A model generated the notes under the pieces. That model searched no databases. It was not told the origin of the DNA and worked only from the letters and a program-made list of their open reading frames with translations. Below, in pieces: positions 44,276-53,286 of a stretch of DNA of 64,000 nt. The DNA is from an uncultured Bacteroidota bacterium (GTDB lineage Bacteria > Bacteroidota > Bacteroidia > Flavobacteriales > Flavobacteriaceae): the NCBI GenBank assembly GCA_902510655.1, contig CABXBY010000001.1, forward strand, positions 29,398 through 93,397. The letters are read 5' to 3'. Position 1 is the first letter of the stretch, and each line of letters begins with the position of its first letter. The translations under genes and the position numbers were made by a program.

Positions 44276-46633
44276 ATGTCTAAAACTAAAAGTAAGTTAA
44301 AAGGATATTTTTCATTATCAAGAACTCAACAAATCATGTTTGGAGTTTTTTTAGTGCTATTTTCAATTATTATTTTTTCTTCTTTAGTCTCTTATTTCGG
44401 AACATGGAGAGCTGATCAATCTGAACTAACTCAATTCTTTGATAAAGATGTAAATTCAGTAAATATTGCCAGCAAATTTGGCGCTCTTATAAGTCATTTT
44501 TTAATTTATTTAATGTTTGGTGTTTCCTCTTTTATTTTACCAATTTTATTATTTATTTCGGGTTTAACTTTATTTGTAAATGCAGATTTAAAAAAACTTT
44601 ATAATAGATGGTTTTGGGGTATATTGATAATGATTTGGATTTCATTATTTTTTGGATATTATTCTCCAAATTATATTTATTCAGGTAGTGTTGGATTTGA
44701 AGCAAATGAGTTTTTAAAAATTTATATTGGTGAAATCGGAATAATTTTAATATTAATTTTCGGATTACTTACATACCTAGTTGTAAGATTAAAAGTAACT
44801 CCAGAAAAAGTTTTTAATTTTTTCAAAAAAATGTATCCCAAAGTAAAGAGTGAATTAATTGATGAAAATCAAACTAATCCAATTGAAATAGATCTCTCAA
44901 CCAAATTAAATCCAGAAAAGTCTGAATCTAAATTTAATATCAAAAGTGAAGATTTGAAACCTACAATTACAAATTTTTCCTCATATAATGATAAGGTTGA
45001 TGTTAAGCCTACTGAAAATAGCGAAAGCGAAAGTGAAATTAAAATTGAAATTGAAAAAAATGAAGAAGAAGAAATACTAGATGAAGACGCTATCGCAAAA
45101 GGATTGGTAAAGAAATTCGGTGAATATGACCATACCTTAGAATTAAAAAACTACAAAACTCCATCAATTGAATTATTAAACGAATATGATAACGGTGGAG
45201 TAATTACTATAAATGAAGAAGAATTAGAGGAGAATAAAGAAAAAATAATTGAAACTCTTAAAAATTATAAAATTGGTATTGACCAAATAAAAGCTACGAT
45301 TGGACCAACTGTAACTCTTTATGAAATTATTCCGGAAGCAGGAATTAGAATATCAAAAATTAAAAATTTAGAAGACGACATAGCATTATCATTAGCTGCA
45401 TTAGGAATTAGAATTATCGCACCAATCCCCGGAAAAGGAACAATTGGAATAGAAGTTCCAAATAAAAATTCAACTATTGTTTCTATGAAATCAGTATTAG
45501 CTTCAAAAAATTATCAAGAAGCTGAAATGGAACTTCCTATCGCATTAGGAAAAAATATAAGTAATGAAACTTATGTAGTTGATCTGGCGAAAATGCCACA
45601 CTTATTAATGGCAGGTGCTACAGGTCAGGGAAAATCAGTTGGACTTAACACAGTCTTAACATCACTTCTTTATAAAAAACACCCCTCTGAAGTAAAATTT
45701 GTTTTAGTTGATCCAAAAAAAGTTGAATTAACTTTATTTAATAAGATAGAAAGACACTATTTAGCAAAGCTTCCTGATACAGATGAAGCTATTATTACTG
45801 ATAATAAAGCTGTAATTAAAACCTTAAATTCATTATGTATCGAAATGGATAACAGGTATGAAATGTTAAAAAATGCACTTTGTAGAAACATTAAAGAATA
45901 CAATGCAAAATTTAAACAAAGAAAATTAAATCCAGATTCTGGTAATGTTTTTCTCCCTTATATTGTTTTAATAATTGATGAATTTGCTGATCTAATTATG
46001 ACAGCAGGAAAAGAGGTAGAAACTCCTATTGCAAGATTAGCTCAATTAGCTAGAGCTGTAGGTATTCACTTAATAATAGCAACTCAAAGACCATCTGTAA
46101 ATGTTATAACTGGAATAATTAAAGCTAATTTTCCTGCAAGAATTGCATTTAGGGTTACATCAAAAATCGATTCCAGAACTATATTAGATAGTGGCGGTGC
46201 CGATCAGTTAATTGGAAAGGGTGATATGCTTTATACTCAAGGAAATGAATTAGTAAGAATACAATGTGCTTTTGTTGATACTCCTGAAATAAATAAAATT
46301 ACAGATTTTATAGGCTCTCAAAAAGCATATGCTACAGCCTATGAATTACCAGAGTATGTTGGTGAAGAAAGTTCAAGTTCTTTAGATAATAACATTGAGG
46401 ATAGAGATGTTTTATTTAGAGAAGCTGCTGAAATTATAGTAATAGCTCAACAAGGTTCAGCATCATTATTGCAACGTAAAATGAAACTGGGTTATAACAG
46501 AGCTGGTAGAATTATTGACCAGCTAGAAGCTGCGGGAATAGTAGGTGCATTTGAAGGAAGTAAAGCAAGAGAAGTTTTAGTTTTAGATTTAGCTTCACTA
46601 AACACTTTATTAGAAAGTGAAAAAAATAAATAA
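44276..46633 (+). CDS. ftsK: DNA translocase FtsK
   Basis: N-terminal TM segments, acidic linker, Walker A AGATGQGKS, Walker B LIIDEFADL, and a C-terminal gamma winged-helix (LLQRKMKLGYNRAGRIIDQLE). Confidence 0.9.
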   Translation: MSKTKSKLKGYFSLSRTQQIMFGVFLVLFSIIIFSSLVSYFGTWRADQSELTQFFDKDVNSVNIASKFGALISHFLIYLMFGVSSFILPILLFISGLTLFVNADLKKLYNRWFWGILIMIWISLFFGYYSPNYIYSGSVGFEANEFLKIYIGEIGIILILIFGLLTYLVVRLKVTPEKVFNFFKKMYPKVKSELIDENQTNPIEIDLSTKLNPEKSESKFNIKSEDLKPTITNFSSYNDKVDVKPTENSESESEIKIEIEKNEEEEILDEDAIAKGLVKKFGEYDHTLELKNYKTPSIELLNEYDNGGVITINEEELEENKEKIIETLKNYKIGIDQIKATIGPTVTLYEIIPEAGIRISKIKNLEDDIALSLAALGIRIIAPIPGKGTIGIEVPNKNSTIVSMKSVLASKNYQEAEMELPIALGKNISNETYVVDLAKMPHLLMAGATGQGKSVGLNTVLTSLLYKKHPSEVKFVLVDPKKVELTLFNKIERHYLAKLPDTDEAIITDNKAVIKTLNSLCIEMDNRYEMLKNALCRNIKEYNAKFKQRKLNPDSGNVFLPYIVLIIDEFADLIMTAGKEVETPIARLAQLARAVGIHLIIATQRPSVNVITGIIKANFPARIAFRVTSKIDSRTILDSGGADQLIGKGDMLYTQGNELVRIQCAFVDTPEINKITDFIGSQKAYATAYELPEYVGEESSSSLDNNIEDRDVLFREAAEIIVIAQQGSASLLQRKMKLGYNRAGRIIDQLEAAGIVGAFEGSKAREVLVLDLASLNTLLESEKNK

Positions 46634-47268
46634 TGAAAAAATTCTTATTAATAATTGTCATATTTAGTTTAAATATAAACGCTCAGAATGATCCTAGAGC
46701 AGAAAAATTGTTAGCTAAAGTTTCAAATAAAATAGATTCAGCAAAAAGTTATAAAATCGATTTTAAGTACACCTTAGAAAATAAATTAGAGGGAATTAAC
46801 CAAGATGCAGATGGAACTGTAACTATTCAAGGAGATAATTATTTATTAAATTTTATGGGAATTACTCAAATATGTGATTCTAATAATATCTATTCTATCG
46901 TTCCAGAAAATGAAGAAGTTATAATATCTAGTATTGAAGAGGAAGAAGAACAAACCATAAAGCCATCTAAGTTGCTAAATTTTTACAGAGAAGGTTACTT
47001 AATTTTATGGGATAAACTTCAATCAGATTATGACAACAAAATTCAATTTGTTAAGCTAATTCCGAGTAATTCAAATTCAGATATAGATTACTTACTTCTT
47101 GGAATTAATATTTCAAACAATAATATTTCTAAACTTATTGAAATTGGAAAAAATAAAACAAAGACTATTCTTAATGTAAATTCAATTGTTTTTGACCCTG
47201 TTTTAGAGAAAGATATTTTTATTTTTAATGAAAATAATTATATAGATTATTATATAGAAAAATTATAA
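46633..47268 (+). CDS. lolA: LolA-like outer-membrane lipoprotein carrier protein
   Basis: Signal peptide, ~200 aa. Start overlaps the ftsK stop by 1 nt (TAATG). The ftsK-lolA arrangement is a common synteny. Confidence 0.55.
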   Translation: MKKFLLIIVIFSLNINAQNDPRAEKLLAKVSNKIDSAKSYKIDFKYTLENKLEGINQDADGTVTIQGDNYLLNFMGITQICDSNNIYSIVPENEEVIISSIEEEEEQTIKPSKLLNFYREGYLILWDKLQSDYDNKIQFVKLIPSNSNSDIDYLLLGINISNNNISKLIEIGKNKTKTILNVNSIVFDPVLEKDIFIFNENNYIDYYIEKL

Positions 47269-47269
47269 A

Positions 47270-48730
47270 ATGAAGATAATAGATCGTTATATATTAACAT
47301 CTTATCTAAAGATATTTTTTAGTTTCTTTTTTATATTGATGTTTATTTTCATTATTCAAATAATATGGGTATTTATTGATGATTTAGCTGGAAAAGAAGT
47401 TGATTTTGAAATAATATTTAAATTTCTTTTGTTCTACTCACCCAAACTACTTCCACTAGTTATTCCGTTAACAGTTTTACTAGCCTCAATAATGACTTTT
47501 GGTAATTTATCTGAACAATATGAACTGGCAGCTATTAAATCTTCAGGAATATCACTTTTTAGATCAATGAGAAGTCTTCTAGTTGTTAATATTATTCTAT
47601 GTGTTGGAATGTTTTTTATAGCTAATAGCCTTATCCCTTATGCAGAATTCAAATCTTATAACCTTAGAAAAAATCTAGCTAAATTAAAACCAGCTTTGGC
47701 CATTACAGAGGGTGTTTTCAGTGATATAAACAACATGAATATTAAAGTTGAAAGAAAATACGGTCCAAATAATAATCTTCTTGAGGATATTATTATACAT
47801 CAAAATAATTTTAATTCTAGAAACACGTTAGTTATAAAAGCTGAATCTGGAGAACTTAAAAGTCAAGATTCAAGTGAAATTTTACAGCTTGTTTTAAATA
47901 ATGGTAAAAGATATGAGGAAATAGAAAGTAGAAGTCCAAACAACAAACAGGTATCTCCGCATACCCTAGTTTCCTTTGAAAAGCATGTAATGAATATAGA
48001 TTTAAGAGAATTCAATAAAGTTGATTTTGATGATGAAAAGTTCAGTAATACTTACAGAATGCAAAATATTTCTCAGTTAAATTTTAGTATCGATTCCTTA
48101 TCCAAAAACTTAGTTTTTAGATATAATAATTTTGCAAAAAATTTTTATGCTAGAACTGGAATCTCAAATTTTGGAAGAAATGTTAGAACAGATAATAGTT
48201 TTAAAGATTCGATTTTATACACAAACTACAATTCGCATTTAAAAGATTTTCCAAGGAATAAACAATTAGACGTATTAAACGAATCTTTAAATTTAACAAA
48301 CAGTCATGTTCAAGTTTTATTAAACCAAAAGGACAATTTTTTTATTAAAGAAAAAATAGTTAATCTTCATAAATCTAATTTATATGATAAGTATGCTTTA
48401 GGATTTGCTTCTTTGATTCTATTTTTTGTTGGTGCACCTCTTGGTGCAATAATTAGAAAAGGAGGTATTGGACTTCCAATGGTTGTTTCATTGATATTAT
48501 TTCTTAGCTATCACTTCATAGGAACTTTCAGTAGAAATGCAGCAGAAGATGGAAGTATTGACGCACTAATTGGAAGCTTAATTCCTAATGCAATAATGTT
48601 ACCACTAGGATTATATTTAATTTACAGAGCTAGTTCTGATAAATCTATATTTAATTTTGATAAAATATCATATCCTTTTAGACTATTTTTGAAAAAAATT
48701 AGTTCTATAAAATTTCGATTAAAAAAATAA
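47270..48730 (+). CDS. LptF/LptG-family permease (YjgP/YjgQ)
   Basis: The MKIIDRYIL N-terminus is typical of the family. TM segments flank a large periplasmic insert. Confidence 0.75.
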   Translation: MKIIDRYILTSYLKIFFSFFFILMFIFIIQIIWVFIDDLAGKEVDFEIIFKFLLFYSPKLLPLVIPLTVLLASIMTFGNLSEQYELAAIKSSGISLFRSMRSLLVVNIILCVGMFFIANSLIPYAEFKSYNLRKNLAKLKPALAITEGVFSDINNMNIKVERKYGPNNNLLEDIIIHQNNFNSRNTLVIKAESGELKSQDSSEILQLVLNNGKRYEEIESRSPNNKQVSPHTLVSFEKHVMNIDLREFNKVDFDDEKFSNTYRMQNISQLNFSIDSLSKNLVFRYNNFAKNFYARTGISNFGRNVRTDNSFKDSILYTNYNSHLKDFPRNKQLDVLNESLNLTNSHVQVLLNQKDNFFIKEKIVNLHKSNLYDKYALGFASLILFFVGAPLGAIIRKGGIGLPMVVSLILFLSYHFIGTFSRNAAEDGSIDALIGSLIPNAIMLPLGLYLIYRASSDKSIFNFDKISYPFRLFLKKISSIKFRLKK

Positions 48731-48732
48731 AT

Positions 48733-49860
48733 ATGAGTAAAGTAATTTTAGATAAAATATCAGATGCAATTGAAGATGTTAAGAATGGGAAAATTATTAT
48801 TGTTGTTGACGACGAAAATAGAGAAAACGAGGGAGATTTTATTTGTGCTGCTGATCTAGTTACGCCTGAGTCAATAAATTTTATGGCTAAACATGCTAGA
48901 GGCCTCATATGTACTCCGATAACAGAAAAAAGATCAAGAAAGTTGAATTTATATCCAATGGTTACTAATAATACTGATCCAATGGATACGGCATTTACGG
49001 TTTCTGTAGATTTAAAAGGTTCTGGAGTAACATCTGGAATATCTGCTTCAGATAGATCAAAAACTATAAAAGCAATTGTAGACAACGATACAAAACCAGA
49101 CGATTTAGCACGTCCTGGTCACATTTTTCCATTAATCGCTAAAGAAGGTGGTGTATTAAGAAGAACTGGACACACAGAAGCTGCTATTGACTTTGCAAGG
49201 TTAGCAGGATGTTCACCCGCAGGTGTTATTTGTGAAATAATGTCCGAGGATGGATCTATGGCTAGAGTTCCTGAACTAATTAAAGTAGCTAAGAAATTAG
49301 ATTTAAAAATTGTATCAATTGAGGATCTTGTTGCTTACAGAATGAAACATGATAGTCTAATTACTAAAAAGGAATCTTTTGTTTTTAATACAAAATTTGG
49401 GGATTACAATTTATCCGCTTTTCAACAAACAAATAACAATCAAATACATTTGGTATTGTCAAAAGGAGAATGGAAAGAGAATGAGCCAGTTTTAGTTAGA
49501 ATAAACTCTTCGATCACTAATAATGATTTGCTAACAACTCTTACGTCTAAATCAAAAAATAAACTTGATGGTATTTTTAATAAAATAAATGAAGAGGAGA
49601 AAGGTGTGATAGTCTTTATTAACCAACCTCCTAACCCAGTAAATGTTTTATTTAGACTTAACGAAATAAAAAAACTACAATCTAAAGGAGAATACAAAAC
49701 ACCGCCTGTTGTAATGGATGAAAAAGATTTTGGGATTGGAGCTCAAATACTTCACGATCTGAAAATTCACAAGATAAGATTGTTAACGAATAGTACTCAG
49801 ATAAAAAGAGTTGGAATGATAGGTTATGGATTAGAAATTGTTGAATATATTAATTACTAA
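48733..49860 (+). CDS. ribBA: 3,4-dihydroxy-2-butanone-4-phosphate synthase with a degenerate GTP cyclohydrolase II-like C-terminal domain
   Basis: RibB motifs RENEGDFI, SGISASDR and RPGHIFPL...RTGHTEA are present. The C-terminal half aligns in length with RibA, but reads VRINSSITNNDLL where RibA has VHSECLTGD, and shows no Zn-binding Cys cluster. Confidence 0.8.
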   Translation: MSKVILDKISDAIEDVKNGKIIIVVDDENRENEGDFICAADLVTPESINFMAKHARGLICTPITEKRSRKLNLYPMVTNNTDPMDTAFTVSVDLKGSGVTSGISASDRSKTIKAIVDNDTKPDDLARPGHIFPLIAKEGGVLRRTGHTEAAIDFARLAGCSPAGVICEIMSEDGSMARVPELIKVAKKLDLKIVSIEDLVAYRMKHDSLITKKESFVFNTKFGDYNLSAFQQTNNNQIHLVLSKGEWKENEPVLVRINSSITNNDLLTTLTSKSKNKLDGIFNKINEEEKGVIVFINQPPNPVNVLFRLNEIKKLQSKGEYKTPPVVMDEKDFGIGAQILHDLKIHKIRLLTNSTQIKRVGMIGYGLEIVEYINY

Positions 49861-50620
49861 AGAACCATAATTTAGCTGACATTAATAGTACCATAATCAA
49901 AAGGAAAAATTTAATTGTTTTTTCACCTTTTTTCACTGACCACCTACTTGATGTCCATCCACCAAGAAAATTTCCCGAAGCTAAAAACAATCCATAAACC
50001 CAATTAATTTTGTCAGCCAAAGCAAAGGTTACAATAGCACCTGTTGTGTATATTAAAACAATAACAACTTTAGTAGCATTAACTTTTACAAGACCCAACC
50101 TATTATAATAATGAAGAAACAACATTATAACAAATCCAATTCCTGCATTGATAAAACCACCATAAACCCCTATGAAAAAGAAGGCTATCATAGAAATAAA
50201 TAAATATTTTCCAGTAAGTCTTTCTGAAAGGTTTTTATAATCAATAGTTGGTTTAAAAACTATTAAGAAAACTACTACTATCATTATAATAGCAAGAATT
50301 TTATTAAAAAGCTCACCTTCAATATCAATTGCTATTTGTGCACCAATTAAAGCGCCTAATAGACCAGCAAAACCTAAATATGCATTAAATGGGTAATTTG
50401 AAACTCCTTTACTTTTAAAACCAGCTGTAGCTGAAAAAGCTGACATAAATATTGCTATTCTATTCGTACCATTAGCAACTGCAGAGGGTAATCCCATAAA
50501 AATAAGTAAAGGAAGAGTTAATAACGAGCCTCCTCCTGCCATTGTGTTTATAAATCCTGCAATAAATCCAGCAAGAATTAACAGAGGATAATGCCATGAA
50601 AACCATTCTAATTCAAACAT
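49850..50620 (-). CDS. TauE/SafE-family (DUF81) anion exporter membrane protein
   Basis: 256 aa with ~8 TM segments and GGGSLLTLPLLIF near the N-terminus. Confidence 0.8.
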   Translation of the reverse strand: MFELEWFSWHYPLLILAGFIAGFINTMAGGGSLLTLPLLIFMGLPSAVANGTNRIAIFMSAFSATAGFKSKGVSNYPFNAYLGFAGLLGALIGAQIAIDIEGELFNKILAIIMIVVVFLIVFKPTIDYKNLSERLTGKYLFISMIAFFFIGVYGGFINAGIGFVIMLFLHYYNRLGLVKVNATKVVIVLIYTTGAIVTFALADKINWVYGLFLASGNFLGGWTSSRWSVKKGEKTIKFFLLIMVLLMSAKLWFFSN

Positions 50621-50666
50621 ATTTCAAATGTAACAAAAAGGAATCTATATAATAATTAAATAAAAA

Positions 50667-50697
50667 TTTGTACTAAATAAAAAGGAAGTTATATTTG
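50667..50697 (+). promoter_or_regulatory. Bacteroidota sigma-A type promoter for tRNA-Ser (TTTG-N19-TATATTTG)
   Basis: TTTG at 50667-50670 and TATATTTG at 50690-50697, an exact TAnnTTTG with 19-nt spacing. It ends 9 nt before the tRNA 5' end. Confidence 0.6.
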
Positions 50698-50706
50698 CAT
50701 TCCATT

Positions 50707-50791
50707 GGAGAAATGGCAGAGTGGTCGAATGCGGCAGTCTTGAAAACTGTTGAGGGTCACACCTCCGGGGGTTCGAATCCCTCTTTCTCCG
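50707..50791 (+). tRNA. tRNA-Ser (anticodon UGA)
   Basis: Acceptor GGAGAAA/TTTCTCC. Anticodon stem GCAGT/ACTGT with loop CTTGAAA (anticodon TGA). Long variable arm (class II). T-loop GGTTCGAATCC. CCA is not encoded. Confidence 0.9.
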
Positions 50792-50799
50792 CTTAGTCA

Positions 50800-50845
50800 A
50801 ACCCTAACTACTTTATAAACAAGTGATTAGGGTTTTTCTTTTTAA
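50800..50845 (+). terminator. Intrinsic terminator after tRNA-Ser
   Basis: AACCCTAA...TTAGGGTT stem, with additional inner pairs, followed by TTTCTTTTT. Confidence 0.6.
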
Positions 50846-50905
50846 AATTTGTATGATTATTGTACGGCCAGCACTACTAAAAACCCAAAAAATCTCAATA
50901 GTAAT

Positions 50906-50995
50906 TTTTAATTGGTACTACCCTACTCAAATAATATCGGTTTTCTTTAGAGGGGAGGTGTTTGTGTAATGATGTATAATAGTAAGTGTCTTAGT
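50906..50995 (+). repeat. Direct repeat copy 1 (~90 bp)
   Basis: TTTTAATTGGTACTACCCTACTCAAATAATATCGGTTTTCTTTAGAGGGGAGGTG... My ungapped hand alignment gives 11 mismatches in 90 against copy 2. Confidence 0.85.
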
Positions 50996-51045
50996 CATAT
51001 ATTATTCAAAAATCTTAATTAACTTTAATAAAAAAATAAATATCT

Positions 51046-51339
51046 ATGAAACTTAATAATGAATATATTGAAAAGCTAAAAAATGTAGACCTTGAGTGGG
51101 ATTTTGAATATTATGAATTCTTAGATGGAGACGATGAACCAGGGCTTTATTTACTTCGAGGTGAAGATGCAAAGACTTGGAAAAAAGCTAAAGGATGGTC
51201 AGAAGAAAATATTGAAGAAAATAGTTCTATTGAATTTTCACAAACTCAAATTGCTGAAATTCAATCAAATGCTATATCAAATGAAAGCTGCCCTGAACAT
51301 GACAAAATACTCCTTGATCACTTACTAAATTTAATGTAG
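51046..51339 (+). CDS. Small acidic hypothetical protein (97 aa)
   Basis: ORF with D/E-rich stretches (DLEWDFEYYEFLDGDDEPG, EENIEENSS). No motif recognised. Confidence 0.45.
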   Translation: MKLNNEYIEKLKNVDLEWDFEYYEFLDGDDEPGLYLLRGEDAKTWKKAKGWSEENIEENSSIEFSQTQIAEIQSNAISNESCPEHDKILLDHLLNLM

Positions 51340-51399
51340 ATTATTAATTCTAAAAACATTATATGAATTCATTTATTAAAAGATGCTTAAAATTTAAAA

Positions 51400-52392
51400 T
51401 TATTTTACTTTATAAATTAATTCTACATAATCAGGATTAAATTTTTTATTTACTTCAAAATAAAAATTTTTGATTTCATCCATTTTTTTCCATTCGCTAA
51501 CTACAGCATTCATTTTCCTTGCTAAATCAATTGAATTAGGGTAATCTTTTTTGCTAATGAACTTTTCATTATTTTTTAATAGTTTTAAAATTTCTTTTTC
51601 AAAAAATTTAAAATTTGTTTTAAAATCCTCGTTTAAGGCTACCTCAAAAAAACTTCTTGGTATTGAATCGCTCTTATATCGATTGAGACTTAGCCCTATT
51701 GGTACTAAATTTTCAATAATATTTCCAGGTCCCCCTACACTTTTAGGAACAAAATGATCAATATCAACGAGATGCCCAATTGAATAATTTTGATTAAAAA
51801 AAGAGTATATTTTTAGTCTTAAATCGCCTGGTATTTTAGGATCTAATTTTTTGACTTGTTTTAAACTGCAATCTGGATTATCATTTAAGTATTTAACATC
51901 TTTTTCTTTTAATTCAAAAAATATACTTGCTAAACCACGTTTAATGGAAGCATCATACTCTTTTAACGGTCCATTATAAGGGATTGTCCTTTTAAGTAAT
52001 TTTTGATTTGTATAATATTGATGACATCTTAACTTATAATTTGAATCAGAAGAGAGCTTATCTTTAAATAATCTTATTTTATCTAACCAATAAGAATCAT
52101 CTTTAAATTGTTTAGAATAATCTAACACCTCTTCAATTGTGCTAAATACATCAACAGACAAAGTTTTCACAACTTTACCTTTTGCATAAATACCTCCGCT
52201 TGTTTCTGCTACATAAATAATATCATACATTTTTAATTTATGGGAAGGTGGATTTCTTTTATCCTTACCAATAGTAATCTCGAAATACCCTTTTTTCTTA
52301 GAATTGTTTTTTTTTAAATCTCTAAAAGAGTTACTTCTTTTTATCAAGAATGATTTTATTTTTTGATTTTCCAATAATTTTATTTTAATCAC
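51400..52392 (-). CDS. HNH endonuclease with an uncharacterised N-terminal domain
   Basis: HNH motif DIDHFVPKSVGGPGNIIENLVPIGLSLNRYKSD (D-H...N...N). The N-terminal segment MYDIIYVAETSGGIYAKGKVV loosely resembles PUA/EVE/ASCH-type barrels. The GTG start overlaps the upstream gene's stop (GTGA). Confidence 0.7.
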   Translation of the reverse strand: MIKIKLLENQKIKSFLIKRSNSFRDLKKNNSKKKGYFEITIGKDKRNPPSHKLKMYDIIYVAETSGGIYAKGKVVKTLSVDVFSTIEEVLDYSKQFKDDSYWLDKIRLFKDKLSSDSNYKLRCHQYYTNQKLLKRTIPYNGPLKEYDASIKRGLASIFFELKEKDVKYLNDNPDCSLKQVKKLDPKIPGDLRLKIYSFFNQNYSIGHLVDIDHFVPKSVGGPGNIIENLVPIGLSLNRYKSDSIPRSFFEVALNEDFKTNFKFFEKEILKLLKNNEKFISKKDYPNSIDLARKMNAVVSEWKKMDEIKNFYFEVNKKFNPDYVELIYKVK

Positions 52393-53228
52393 TCAATATG
52401 ACATACTTCACAAACAATTGCATATTCAAACATTGAATAATTTTTTTCAACTAATGAAATGTCTTCATCACCAATTTCGGAAATAAATTTTAGGCCATCG
52501 TTATCTATAAACCATAAATGATCAAAATTAAATTTTAAAAATTTATCAAAAAAGTCTTTCGCTGAAGTAATTTCATTTTTAAAAACATCACTGCCTAATT
52601 CTTGGGATGAAGTTAACCCTTCAATACTATCAGAATACATGTAGCTTTGAATTTCCCCATCATCACCATCTGTTAACCCATAGTAGTCTAACAATTCCTC
52701 TTCATCTAAATTTTTAATGTTTTTTTTCAATGATACAATAACTAATCTTGCAGAAGAATTATCTGTATCCCACCCTTCGAATTCTTGAAATAGATTTTCC
52801 TGTAAATCTTCATCCTCTTCCTGAGAAGATGAATCTTCAACTGAAAAAACCCATATCATCTCATATGTATCTGGATCCTCATCTGTGATCAATGTTCCTG
52901 ATTCATATTCACCTCCGCAGGATAATTCAATTTCAAATTCCAAATCCCAACCAAATACTTGAAATAATATAGCCAGTTTTTCTCCATCTAACCCTCCTTC
53001 CCCCATACTTATAGAAGCTTCCTTAGCAGAGTCAGCGATTTGCATACAGAATTTACTGTAAGGCTTGTTATATGTTCTACTTTGGACATCTACTGTTCCC
53101 TTACTAATTAAATAAATCTTTTCATCATTAATTTCAAATGGAATATCATTAGATTCCAACTTTTGAACTTTATCTTCGTTAAAATCTGTGCTGTTTAAGC
53201 TTTTTATAGAAAGTGATACTTTTGCCAT
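52389..53228 (-). CDS. Highly acidic hypothetical protein (279 aa), translationally coupled to the HNH gene
   Basis: Long D/E runs (SSSQEEDEDLQENLFQEFEGWDTD; DEEELLDYYGLTDGDDGE). 4-nt GTGA overlap with the HNH ORF. No catalytic motif recognised. Confidence 0.6.
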   Translation of the reverse strand: MAKVSLSIKSLNSTDFNEDKVQKLESNDIPFEINDEKIYLISKGTVDVQSRTYNKPYSKFCMQIADSAKEASISMGEGGLDGEKLAILFQVFGWDLEFEIELSCGGEYESGTLITDEDPDTYEMIWVFSVEDSSSQEEDEDLQENLFQEFEGWDTDNSSARLVIVSLKKNIKNLDEEELLDYYGLTDGDDGEIQSYMYSDSIEGLTSSQELGSDVFKNEITSAKDFFDKFLKFNFDHLWFIDNDGLKFISEIGDEDISLVEKNYSMFEYAIVCEVCHIE

Positions 53229-53286
53229 TATTTTTTAATATTATAATTAATTTTAAATTAATATTTTATTCCTTAAATTCAAAAAT

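Noticed and set aside
48700-48740. FMN riboswitch upstream of ribBA
   Set aside because: Only 2 nt separate ribBA from the preceding lptF/G-family gene, leaving no room for a leader.
48705-49085. 126-aa minus-strand ORF overlapping the ribBA 5' region
   Set aside because: It is antisense to strong RibB motifs and has no start context or recognisable domain.
50707-50995. The repeat as a duplicated tRNA 3' end (classical tRNA-targeting island att site)
   Set aside because: Comparison with the tRNA-Ser 3' half in both orientations shows only a short purine-rich resemblance (…AGAGGGA…), with no extended identity.
50969-51022. SD-like GGAGGTG followed by a mini-ORF (MMYNSKCLSHILFKNLN in copy 1, MYNSESLSSLFY in copy 2) inside the repeats
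   Set aside because: In copy 3 the corresponding ATG is followed immediately by TAA. Bacteroidota rarely use Shine-Dalgarno sequences. In the alternative frame, the GGAGGTG simply encodes part of the other candidate peptide (E-V).
51125-51328. 67-aa ORF in an alternative plus-strand frame of the 51046-51339 ORF
   Set aside because: It is shorter, fully contained in the longer ORF, and lysine-rich low-complexity. Only one of the two can reasonably be real, and I kept the longer one.
51363-51372. ATGAATTCAT palindrome between the convergent 97-aa ORF and the HNH gene, as a bidirectional terminator
   Set aside because: There is no loop and no flanking T-run, and the palindrome is too short to be a credible hairpin.
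53247-53261. Palindrome TTAATTT-T-AAATTAA in the 58-bp divergent spacer between the two island operons, as a possible operator
   Set aside because: Seven-nt arms made only of A/T are expected by chance in DNA this AT-rich, and I have nothing else to support a binding site.
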